This document shows positions 52,885 through 64,000 of a stretch of 64,000 bases of DNA, piece by piece; position 1 is the first letter of the stretch, and each line of letters begins with the position of its first letter. The notes beneath the pieces are model-generated. The model searched no databases, was not told where the DNA came from, and saw only the letters and a program-made list of their open reading frames with translations. Origin of the DNA: Eledone cirrhosa (taxonomy: Eukaryota); contig CAXHJY010001129.1 of NCBI GenBank assembly GCA_964016885.1, forward strand, positions 22,122 to 86,121, in the 5' to 3' direction. The translations under genes were made by a program, and so were the position numbers.

Positions 52885-54590
52885 ATCAAATGCTGTGTGC
52901 AGGAGAGGAGGTTGCGTTGGAATGGACATGTGATGCGTATGAAGGATGATAGCTGCATAGAAAGGTGCAGAGCACTAGAAGTCGATGGAAACCGCGGAGT
53001 GGGGAGACCCAAGATGACCCGGGATGGTGATAAAAGCTGACCTTACCCAATTACACCTCTCAAAGGCGATGACACACGACCGTGACCTCTGGCGTCACTC
53101 AGTAATACAGAAGACCCTAGCCCCCGACGGTTACATGCCGAAGCTGAAGCATACAGACAATATGCCACCACACCCTCCCACTGTAAAGTGGTCGTGGAGG
53201 TGCCATGAGGCAGAAAAGCACCCAGCCCACACTGCAAAGTGGTCGTGGAGGTGCCACGGCAAAAAAGCACCCAGCACTCACTGTAAAGTAGTCGTGGAGG
53301 TGCCACGGCAAAAAAGCACCCAGCCCTCACTGTAAAGTAGTCGTGGAGGTGCCACGGCAAAAAAGCACCCAGCACTCGCTGTAAAGTGGTCGTGGAGGTG
53401 CCACGGCAAAAAAGCACCCAGCACTCACTGTAAAGTAGTCGTGGAGGTGCCACGGCAAAAAAGCACCCAGCACTCGCTGTAAAGTGGTCGTGGAGGTGTC
53501 ACAGCAAAAAAAGCACCCAGCCCTCACTGTAAAGTGGACGTGGAAGTGCCACAGCAAAAAAGCACCCAGCCCTCACTGTAAAGTGGACGTGGAGGTGCCA
53601 CAGCAAAAAAGCACCCAGCACTCACTGTAAAGTGGTCGTGGAGGTGCCACAGCAAAAAAGCACCCAGCCCTCACTGTAAAGTGGACGTGGAAGTGCCACA
53701 GCAAAAAAGCACCCAGCCCTCACTGTAAAGTGGACGTGGAGGTGCCACAGCAAAAAAGCACCCAGCCCACACTGTAAAGTGGTCGTGGAGGTGCCACGGC
53801 AAAAAAGCACCCAGCACTCACTGTAAAGTGGTCGTGGAGGTGCCACGGCAAAAAAAGCACCCAGCCCACACTGTAAAGTGGTCGTGGAGGTGCCATGGCA
53901 AAAAAGCACCCAGCACTCACTGTAAAGTGGTCGTGGAGGTGCCACGGCAAAAAAAGCACCCAGCACTCACTGTAAAGTGGTCGTGGAGGTGCCACGGCAA
54001 AAAAAGCACCCAGCACTCACTGTAAAGTGGTCGTGGAGGTGCCACGGCAAAAAAGCACCCAGCACTCCCTGTAAAGTGGTCGTGGAGGTGCCACGGCAAA
54101 AAAGCACCCAGCCCACACTGTAAAGTGGTCGTGGAAGTGCCACGGCAAAAAAGCACCCAGCACTCACTGTAAAGTGGTCGTGGAGGTGCCACGGCAAAAA
54201 AAGCACCCAGCACTCACTGTAAAGTGGTCGTGGAGGTGCCACGGCAAAAAAGCACCCAGCCCTCACTGTAAAGTGGTCGTGGAGGTGCCACGGCAAAAAA
54301 AGCACCCAGCACTCACTGTAAAGTGGTCGTGGAGGTGCCACGGCAAAAAAGCACCCAGCACTCACTGTAAAGTGGTAAAGTGGAGGTGCCACGGCAAAAA
54401 AAAAGCACCCAGCACTCACTGTAAAGTGGTCGTGGAGGTGCCACGGCAAAAAAGCACCCAGCACTCACTGTAAATGAGGTTGGTGTTAGGAAGGGCATCC
54501 AGCTGTAGAAATCAAGCCAGAATCAGTTCCCGTCCCACCCTTGCAAGCAGGGAAAAGCGGACGTAAAATGATGATGACGACGATGATGAT
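52885..54590 (+). mobile_element. RTE 3' fragment with ~26 copies of the 49-bp unit
   Basis: IKCCVQERRLRWNGHVMRMKDD, then (GTGGTCGTGGAGGTGCCACGGCAAAAAAGCACCCAGCACTCACTGTAAA)n and a GAT tail. Confidence 0.9.
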
Positions 54591-54664
54591 GTATTTATAA
54601 ATATATTCAAACGCCTTCTCCATTCTGTCCGCTGGGGCTGTGGGTGGGCCCCATCGCATACCAA

Positions 54665-55006
54665 TCATCATCATCATCATCATTTTACGTCCGCTTTTCC
54701 CTGCTTGCAAGGGTGGGACGGGAACTGATTCTGGCTTGATTTCTACAGCTGGATGCCCTTCCTAACACCAACTTCATTTACAGTGAGTGCTGGGTGCTTT
54801 TTTTTCCGTGGTGCCTACACGACCACTTTACAGTGGAATGATAGGGACCCCAGTCCCTATCATCTCATTTCTACAGCTGAGTAAACTGGAGCAACGTGAA
54901 ATAAAGTGTCTTGCTCAAGGAAACAACACCTCACGCGGTCTGAGAATTGAACTCACAACCTTTCGATTGTAAGGCCAATGCTCTAACCACTGTGCCATGT
55001 GCCTCC
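54665..55006 (-). mobile_element. tRNA-SINE copy
   Basis: Reverse complement of 763-1110. Confidence 0.9.
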
Positions 55007-55080
55007 ACCAATACATTAGTTAAATCCCATTCTTTCATCTGATATATCTCTAAATAAGAACCTTTATTGTTATTTTACAG

Positions 55081-55178
55081 AACTGGGCCAAGTCCAATTG
55101 GTACATTATCCTGTTGGTTATTATTGTCAGCTTGGTTGTAGCATTCTTTGTCCTGGTGGCCATCTTGATTCTAAGACG
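55081..55178 (+). CDS. Delta-like gene, exon k (transmembrane helix)
   Basis: ttttacag| acceptor, phase 0; NWAKSNWYIILLVIIVSLVVAFFVLVAILILRR (hydrophobic span plus basic stop-transfer residues); CG|gtatgt. Confidence 0.88.
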
Positions 55179-55237
55179 GTATGTAGTGTTATATATATTA
55201 TCTTAATATCTATGTATGTATATATATATGTATATGT

Positions 55238-55700
55238 CAAAGGGCAAAGGAGCTCTTAAGAGTCAATGGCCATCCAAAATCACCGGGAGAGATGACCCCT
55301 TAGCCTTTGTCAAGGCAGAATTCTAGGAGAAGGAAAACTCTGATGTAACACCTGCAACTCTGATGGTATCCAATGATGTTGACTTGTTCTTCTTTTTGGT
55401 AAATATCATCTTGGTTAAGAGAGTGGGACTGGCTTTGTGCAGTGCCTTTGCTCACTATAAAAGCTTCACGGCACAGGCATTGCTTTATATCTGGAGATCT
55501 CTCTGCACTTGTCGTCACATGGTACCATGGACCCAGCACTATGTGTCAATAATTGTCACAAGTGTAGTGTTTGTACCAGAGTTTTCAAGTCGCTGGCTGG
55601 ACTAAAAAGTCACACTCGTTCAGCGCATCGGTAGGGGTTCTCCTACATGGATATAAAGTAGTGGCCGTACTCGAAAACGAGTTGGCAGCCACCATGTATG
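55238..55700 (+). mobile_element. Short non-autonomous RTE/BovB-like element
   Basis: 5' AGGAGAAGGAAAACTCTGA motif as in RTE 5' regions; 3' C2H2 remnant [25 protein letters not shown] (55557-55634); (TATG)n tail. Confidence 0.6.
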
Positions 55701-55776
55701 TATGTATACATATGTATGTATATATATGTATGTATGTATCAATATGTATGTATGTATATATATATATATATATATG

Positions 55777-55815
<39 letters not shown>

Positions 55816-55850
55816 ATATATGTAAGTATATATATATATACATACATATG

Positions 55851-55889
<39 letters not shown>

Positions 55890-56002
55890 AAACATAAAGC
55901 GTAAGTCAAGAGGTTAAAAATAACTTTGCTTATTCATATTTGCTTCAATAGATATTTTGGTAAGCAACCAACCCATACTCAAATATATATATATATATAT
56001 AT

Positions 56003-56265
56003 CAATCGAAAGGTTGTGAGTTCAAATTTCAGACCGGGTGATGTGTTGTTTCCTTGAGCAAGACACTTTATTTCACATTGCTCCAGTTTACTCAGCTGTA
56101 GAAATGAGATGATAGGTGGAGGTGTCACGGCAAAAAAGCACCCAGCCCAAATGAGGTTGGTGTTAGGAAGGGCATCCAGCTGTAGAAATCAAGCCAGAAT
56201 CAGTTCCCGTCCCACCCTTGCAAGCAAGGAAAAGCGGACGTAAAATGATGATGATGATGATGATG
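56003..56265 (+). mobile_element. tRNA-SINE copy with deletions
   Basis: B box, body and tail present. Confidence 0.85.
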
Positions 56266-56329
56266 TATTTATAATTATATTCAAATACACACACTTAAAA
56301 AACATCAACATACAGTCCTTCACAAATAT

Positions 56330-58200
56330 ATATATCATCACCATCATTGTCATGATTTTGTGCAGGTTTTTTTCCATGTTAGCATGGGTTAGTCAGGTGC
56401 CAATACAGACCTCCTTTCACATGGTGTGTTCCTTCATCAACTCCTCTGTGAGGTCCAGCATTTTGAGTTCGGCTCTCACCACCTCTGTCCAAGTCTTCTT
56501 TGGTCTTCCTCTCCTGCAGCTTCCTTCCACTGGGAACTCCTGACACTTCTTCACCCAACAATCACCATCCATACACATCACATGTCTATACCAGTGCAGT
56601 CTCCTCTCTTACACACACTACATCTGATTCCTCTTATACCCAGGTCTTCCTCTACTGCAGCTTCCTTCCACTGGGAACTCATGACACTTCTTCACCCAAC
56701 AACCACCATCCATACACACCACATGTCTATACCAGTGCAGTCTCCTCTCCTACACACTACATCTGATTCTTCTTATACCCAGGTCTTCCTCTACTGCAGC
56801 TTCCTTCCACTGGGAACTCCTGACAGTTCTTCACCCAACAATCACCATCCATACACATCACATGTCTATACCAGTGCAGTCTCCTCTCCTACACACTACA
56901 TCTGATTCCTCTTATACCCAGGTCTTCCTCTACTGCAGCTTCCTTCTACTGGGAACTCCTGACACTTCTTCACCCAACAATCACCATCCATACACACCAC
57001 ATGTCTATACCAGTGCAGTCTCCTCTCCTACACACTACATCTGATTCTTCTTATACCCAGGTCTTCCTCTACTGCAGCTTCCTTCCACTGGGAACTCCTG
57101 ACACTTCTTCACCCAACAATCACCATCCATACACACCACATGTCTATACCAGTGCAGTCTCCTCTCCTACACACTACATCTGATTCCTCTTATACCCAGG
57201 TCTTCCTCTACTGCAGCTTCCTTCTACTGGGAACTCCTGACACTTCTTCACCCAACAATCACCATCCATACACACCACATGTCTATACCAGTGCAGTCTC
57301 CTCTCCTACACACTACATCTGATTCTTCTTATACCCAGGTCTTCCTCTACTGCAGCTTCCTTCCACTGGGAACTCCTGACACTTCTTCACCCAACAATCA
57401 CCATCCATACACATCACATGTCTATACCAGTGCAGTCTCCTCTCTTACACACACTACATCTGATTCTTCTTATACCCAGGTCTTCCTCTACTGCAGCTTC
57501 CTTCCACTGGGAACTCCTGACAGTTCTTCACCCAACAATCACCATCCATACACATCACATGTCTATACCAGCTCAGTCTCCTCTCTCCCCATGTCTTCCT
57601 TTACTGCAGCTTCCTTCGACTGGGTACTCCTGACACTTCTTCACCCAACAATCACCCTCCATACACATCACATGTCTATACCAGCTCAGTCTCCTCTCTC
57701 CCCATGTCTTCCTTTACTGCAGCTTCCTTCCACTGGGAACTCCTGACACTTCTTCACCCAACAATCACCATCCATACACACCACATGTCTACACCAGTGC
57801 AGTCTCCTCTCTCCCCATGTCTTCCTCTACTGCAGCTTCCTTTCACTGGGTACTCCTGACACTTCTTCACCCAACAATCACCCTCCATACACATCACATG
57901 TCTATACCAGCTCAGTCTCCTCTCTCCCCATGTCTTCCTCTACTGCAGCTTCCTTTCACTGGGAACTCCTGACACTTCTTCACCCAACAATCACCATCCA
58001 TACACACCACATGTCTACACCAGTGCAGTCTCCTCTCTTACACACTACATCTAATTCCTATTCCAGCCAGTTTTTCTCTCAACTTAGCCATGTATGTATA
58101 CTAAACAAACATCTTTTGAAGCATGCCAGCTTCATCTCTCTACAACCTCTGTGTATCTTCTGCAATCCCTGCCATGCATCACTACACTTCTCACGCAGGA
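56330..58200 (-). mobile_element. Degenerate RTE-type C-terminus amplified as 139-bp (then ~110-bp) tandem units
   Basis: Minus strand resembles LGIRGIRC...RRLHWYRHV; ORF starts recur every 139 bp. Confidence 0.8.
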
Positions 58201-58235
58201 ATTAAACAGACTATCCTTTCTTCAGAGAGAGATAT

Positions 58236-58520
58236 ATACAGGATGTCCCTAAAGTCTCTTTATAATTCAAAAAATATATTACAAAGGCAGTTAATGAGAT
58301 ATCTTAATCGGAATTTGTTCTATGTTCTCAGTAATTATGAAAGATTTTAATCAAACAACATTTGTCTATCTCTGCTATCCTGTTGATGAAACAGGTACTG
58401 TTAATGAACCCCTAAAAAATGGCTACTCCTCAAGGAAAGGCACATGTGAGTCATGGTTTATTGAAACAAGATCGGATACACAGACTCGGGGAAACTACAG
58501 GACTAGGTATGGAAGGGATG
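58236..58520 (+). mobile_element. Tc1/mariner-type transposon left end and frameshifted transposase N-terminus
   Basis: TA-CAGGATGTCCC terminus; MATPQGK.../CESWFIETRSDTQTRGNYRTRYGRD resembles the DUF4817-type HTH. Confidence 0.65.
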
Positions 58521-58860
58521 CACTGTATGGTGTGGGATTATGTGCAATCGAATCATTATGTCATTCAACGAGACATTAATGGCTGTAAATGTTTTACCTT
58601 GCACTTTTGACTGATTATGCGGCACCACAACTAGATATATATTAGGCATGTGGCTGAGTGGTTAGAGAATTGGATTCACAATCTTGAGGTTGTCCTGGAC
58701 CGGGTGATGCGTTATGTCCTTGAGTAAGACATTTTATTTCACGTTGCTCCTTCTACCTGGAGTTGCGACCGATAGATAGTACTAGCAACTGGAAAGACCG
58801 ATGGAAACATTGTTTCCTCGGTCCGATTTGACGAAAGTCGATCGATTTAAAAAAAAATTA

Positions 58861-60470
58861 TATATAGAGTTATAAACTCAAATAGTCTTTTACAATTAAT
58901 TAGCTCAAAGAAAGGATGTGTTGTTTCCTTGAGCAAGACACTTTATTTCACATTGCTCCAGTTTCCTCAGCTGTAGAAATGAGATGATAGGGACTGGGAT
59001 CCCTATCATTCCACTGCAAAGTGGTCGTGGAGGTGCCACGGCAAAAAGCACCCAGCACTCACTGTAAAGTGGTCGTGGAGGTGCCACGGCAAAAAAGCAC
59101 CCAGCACTCACTGTAAAGTGGTCGTGGAGGTGCCATGGCAAAAAAGCACCCAGCACTCACTGTAAAGTGATCGTGGAGGTGCCACGGCAAAAAAGCACCC
59201 AGCCCACACTGTAAAGTGGTCGTGGAGGTGCCACGGCAAAAAAGCACCCAGCACTCACTGTAAAGTGGTCGTGGAGGTGCCATGGCAAAAAAGCACCCAG
59301 CACTCACTGTAAAGTGATCGTGGAGGTGCCACGGCAAAAAAGCACCCAGCACTCACTGTAAAGTGGTCGTGGAGGTGCCACGGCAAAAAAGCACCCAGCA
59401 CTCACTGTAAAATGGTCGTGGAGGTGCCACGGCAAAAAAGCACCCAGCACTCACTGTAAAGTGATCGTGGAGGTGCCACGGCAAAAAAGCACCCAGCACT
59501 CACTGTAAAATGGTCGTAGAGGTGCCATGACAAAAAAGCACCCGGCACTCACTGTAAATGAGGTTGGTGTTAGAAAGGGCATCCAGCTGTAGAAATCAAG
59601 CCAGAGTCTGTTCCCGTCCCACCCTTGCAAGCAGGGAAAAGCGGACGTAAAATGAAATGAATGAAAATGAATGAATGAAAGGAATATTTCCGAGCCGTGT
59701 AATACAAATGAATATATAATAGGAATAAAAACTGATACAAGTAAACATGTGTTCGCATTGCAAATGACCAAGTTAGCTAGATTGAAAAATACTAATTAAA
59801 ATAATACGGTTTCCCTGTCTCGATTTAAAATAATAAATCAATAAAAACAAACCTATATTGGCAAAAACCGTGATACCTGGACAAATTTAAATTACAAATT
59901 TCAAATTTGTTTCGCAACAATTAAGTGAAAGTTCCTATTTCTGTGCTCTTCTGCGGGTATCCAGAAATTGGTAAGTTTCACTTCAAAATACTTAGGGAGA
60001 CTGAGAGAAATGTGTTTTTTAACGCACATGTGTCGCAGTGCCTAGCACGTCCCATATTCGTGCCGCTAAAAATAGCAGCCGGTTTTATGGGACTAAAAAT
60101 TAGCTCAACGCGTGGAGCCAAGAATATTATATATAGAGTTATAAACTCAAATAGTCTTTTACAATTAATTAGCTCAAAGAAAGGCATATTTCTGAGCCGT
60201 GTAATACAAATGAATATATAATAGGGATAAAAACTGATACAAGTATACATGTGTTTGTATTGCAAATTAGTTAGCTAGATTGAAAAATACTAATTAAAAT
60301 AATACGGTTTCCCTGTCTCGATTTAAACTAATAAATCAATAAAAACAAATAAATTGAGACAGGCAAACCGTATTATTTTAATTAGTATTTTCCATTCTAG
60401 CTAACTAGTCATTTGCAATACGAACACATGTATAGTGTAACAGTGTTTATCCCTATTATATATTCATTTG
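58861..60470. repeat. Two direct ~220-bp repeats (first split by a SINE) plus an inverted partial copy
   Basis: 58861-58916 + 59680-59850 matches 60131-60350; 60352-60470 is inverted. Confidence 0.8.
58915..59678 (+). mobile_element. 5'-truncated SINE with ~11 x 49-bp units
   Basis: Body plus array plus tail; flanked by an apparent GAAAGGA target-site duplication. Confidence 0.85.
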
Positions 60471-60497
60471 TATATATATATATATATATATATATTA

Positions 60498-60853
60498 GTA
60501 TCTCCAATAGACCAGTGTCTGTCCTGAGGGCATCAACATACGTTAACCTTGGTCTTCCTCTTCTAGTGTGTCCATGTAGGGGCTCCCAAAGGAGCACTGA
60601 GTGCAATGTCAACTCTGGACGTCGGTGAGCATGTCCAGCTAACCTCAGTCTCCTCTGTGTCACTTTTGAGCTGACTTTTGGGATGCTCCCATACAGCTCT
60701 GAGTTTTTCATCCTCAGTGTATACTGATTAATGTTCAGAGCCATCCTCAGCATTCTCGTGTAGCACCCATGGCAACGATAATGAGGGACAGAGACCGCTG
60801 GAGAGAACTCGTCCATGGATCTCGGGAATTTTACCCGCCTTAGATAGATAGAT
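60498..60853. mobile_element. Third-family LINE with inverted 5' part
   Basis: 60498-60770 on minus (GCYTRMLR...DTGLLE); 60775-60843 on plus ([21 protein letters not shown]) plus (TAGA)n. Confidence 0.85.
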
Positions 60854-60854
60854 A

Positions 60855-61142
60855 TATATTAGTATAAAGGAAAAGAAAATGCTGACAAATTTTTCCAGTG
60901 AAAAATAGTTTAATTAGGAATAAGTATAAATTAGTAATAAGTATTGGTTAGTATTCAGTTTTAGTTTTAAGTTTTTACCGGTAAAACTTAAAACTAAAAC
61001 TAAATACTAACCAATACTTATTACTAATTTATACTTATTCCTAATTAAACTATTTTTCACTGGGAAAAATTTGTCAGCATTTTCTTTTCCTTTTTACTAA
61101 TATATCACAACTCATGTGTCACACCTCTATTTTTTTAAAATA

Positions 61143-61179
<37 letters not shown>

Positions 61180-61316
61180 GTATATATATGTATATATATA
61201 TATGTATATATATATGTATATGTATATATATCTATATGTATATATATGTGTATATATATGTATATATATATGTATATATATATGTATATATGTATATATA
61301 TATGTATATATATATG

Positions 61317-61354
<38 letters not shown>

Positions 61355-61438
61355 TGTATATGTATGTATATATATATATATGTATATATGTATATATATA
61401 TATATATGTGTATATATATATATATATGTGTATATATG

Positions 61439-61473
<35 letters not shown>

Positions 61474-61524
61474 GTATATGTATGTATATATATATATATG
61501 TATATATGTATATATATATATATA

Positions 61525-61601
<77 letters not shown>

Positions 61602-61676
61602 TTAAAAAAAATAAAGGTGTGACACATGAGTTGTGATATATTAGTAAAAAGGAAAAGAAAATGCTGACAAATTTTT
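60855..61676. repeat. ~250-bp near-perfect palindrome centred on ACCGGT (~60980) plus a third inverted arm at 61600-61676
   Basis: Arms are direct reverse complements; ~460 bp of TA repeat separates the second and third arms. Confidence 0.9.
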
Positions 61677-61764
61677 ATACATATATATACATATACATAT
61701 ATACATACATATATACATACATATACACATATATACATATACACACACATATATATATATATAT

Positions 61765-61831
61765 ATACACTCTTTTACTCTTTTCCCTGTTCCAGCCATC
61801 TGGCTGAGGCCATGCTGGGGCACCACCCTTG
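61765..61831 (-). mobile_element. SINE 3' tail fragment (AAAAGAGT-type tail)
   Basis: tactcttttactctttt...ggccatgctggggcaccacc. Confidence 0.5.
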
Positions 61832-61859
61832 TATATATATATATATATATATATATATT

Positions 61860-62025
61860 TCTAAGGCGGGTAAAATTCCCGATTTCTATGGACGAGTTCT
61901 CTCCAGCGGTCTCTGTCCCTCATTATCGCTGCCATGTCCTGCGCCTCCAACAGACCAGTGTCTGTCCTCCTTAGGGTATTAGGGCATCAACATATGTCAA
62001 CCTTGGTCTTCCTCTTCTAGTGTGT

Positions 62026-62030
<5 letters not shown>
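61860..62030 (-). mobile_element. Third-family LINE 3' end
   Basis: Homologous to 31500-31660. Confidence 0.85.
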
Positions 62031-62090
<60 letters not shown>

Positions 62091-62096
62091 TATTCA

Positions 62097-62770
62097 TGGA
62101 GGCACATGGCTTAGTGGTTAGAGCATTGGCCTTGCAGTCGAAAGGTTGTGAGTTCAATTCTCAGAGACCGGGTGATGTTGTTTCTTTGAGAAAGACACTT
62201 TATTTCACATTGCTTCAGTTTACTCAGCTGTAGAAATGAGATGATAGGGACTGGGGTCCCTATCATTCCACTGCAAAGTGGTCGTGGAGGTGACACGGCA
62301 AAAAAGCACCCAGCACTCACTGTAAAGTGGTCGTGGAGGTGCCACGGCAAAAAAGCACCCAGCACTCACTGTAAAGTGGTCGTGGAGGTGCCACGGCAAA
62401 AAAGCACCCAGCACTCACTGTAAAGTGGTCGTGGAGGTGCCACAGCAAAAAAGCACCCAGCACTCACTGTAAAGTGGTCGTGGAGGTGCCACGGCAAAAA
62501 AGCACCCAGCACTCACTGTAAAGTGGTCGTGGAGGTGCCACGGCAACAAAGCACCCAGCACTCACTGTAAAGTGGTCGTGGAGGTGCCATGGCAAAAAAG
62601 CACCCAGCACTCACTGTAAAGTGGTCGTGGAGGTGCCACGGCAAAAAAGCACCCAGCACTCACTGTAAAGTGGTCGTGGAGGTGCCATGGCAAAAAAGCA
62701 CCCAGCACTCACTGTAGAGTGGTCGTGGAGGTGCCACGGCAAAAAAGCACCCAGCACTCACTGTAAATGA
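62097..62770 (+). mobile_element. tRNA-SINE with ~10 x 49-bp units, 3'-truncated
   Basis: A/B boxes, body, array. Confidence 0.88.
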
Positions 62771-63103
62771 TTCACATATATTCATATATATATATATATA
62801 GTAATAAGAATATTTACATTTATATATGTTTAATACAACTATAAATATGGAGGGTAGTACTAAAAACTAGCCAGTTACAGGTATGACAAAAGACTCAATG
62901 CAAAATTTTGCCTGTACTTTTCGCTTACACCTCTGACACTTCCAACCAGTGCTGCCTGTAATTGAGTTCTCTCAAGCAGAACATCTTTTTTAACACCTGA
63001 CTCTCCACATAATGCCTTTGACACTAATAACAACTATGTACCCTAAATGTTCTAAATGACTAACATTTTAGTCACATGTAGTCACATGTTTCCACATTCC
63101 CTA

Positions 63104-63150
63104 TGCTCTGATGATTCCAGACTTCCCTCTGGAAGAAACAATTGTCAGCA
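63104..63150 (+). ncRNA. Minimal hammerhead ribozyme motif, family C
   Basis: TGCT-CTGATGA-TTCCAGA-CTTCCC-TCTGGAA-GAAA-CAATTG-TC-AGCA; perfect stems, GUC cleavage triplet. Confidence 0.82.
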
Positions 63151-63191
63151 AATGAATGCTCTAAACGAAAATTTGATCGTTTTAACACTTC

Positions 63192-64000
<809 letters not shown>

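Noticed and set aside
55557-55634. C2H2 zinc-finger gene exon
   Set aside because: Single finger followed by a stop and a simple-repeat tail, typical of an RTE/BovB C-terminus.
55962-55969. Possible 8-nt microexon (ag|ATATTTTG|gtaagc)
   Set aside because: Cannot be supported without transcripts; the context looks repeat-derived.

Overview
Eukaryotic, AT-rich and extremely repeat-rich animal DNA. The SINE/LINE repertoire and microsatellite density suggest an octopus or other cephalopod, which is an inference. One host gene is reconstructable on the + strand: 11 phase-compatible coding exons (18750-55178, 2024 nt) encoding a Delta-like Notch-ligand-type membrane protein (MNNL/C2, divergent DSL, 8 EGF, ~110-aa alpha/beta stalk, TM). 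It has one GC-AG intron; the signal-peptide exon and cytoplasmic-tail exon(s) were not located. The rest comprises a near-intact RTE-clade LINE, many LINE fragments, tRNA-derived SINEs, TE-derived minisatellites, intronic satellites and microsatellites. The least obvious signal is a set of about 10 minimal hammerhead-ribozyme motifs from at least four sequence families, with palindromic stem III and covarying stem II. Most lie in small non-coding Penelope-pLTR/retrozyme-like elements arranged as inverted pairs, several of them inside introns of the Delta-like gene.
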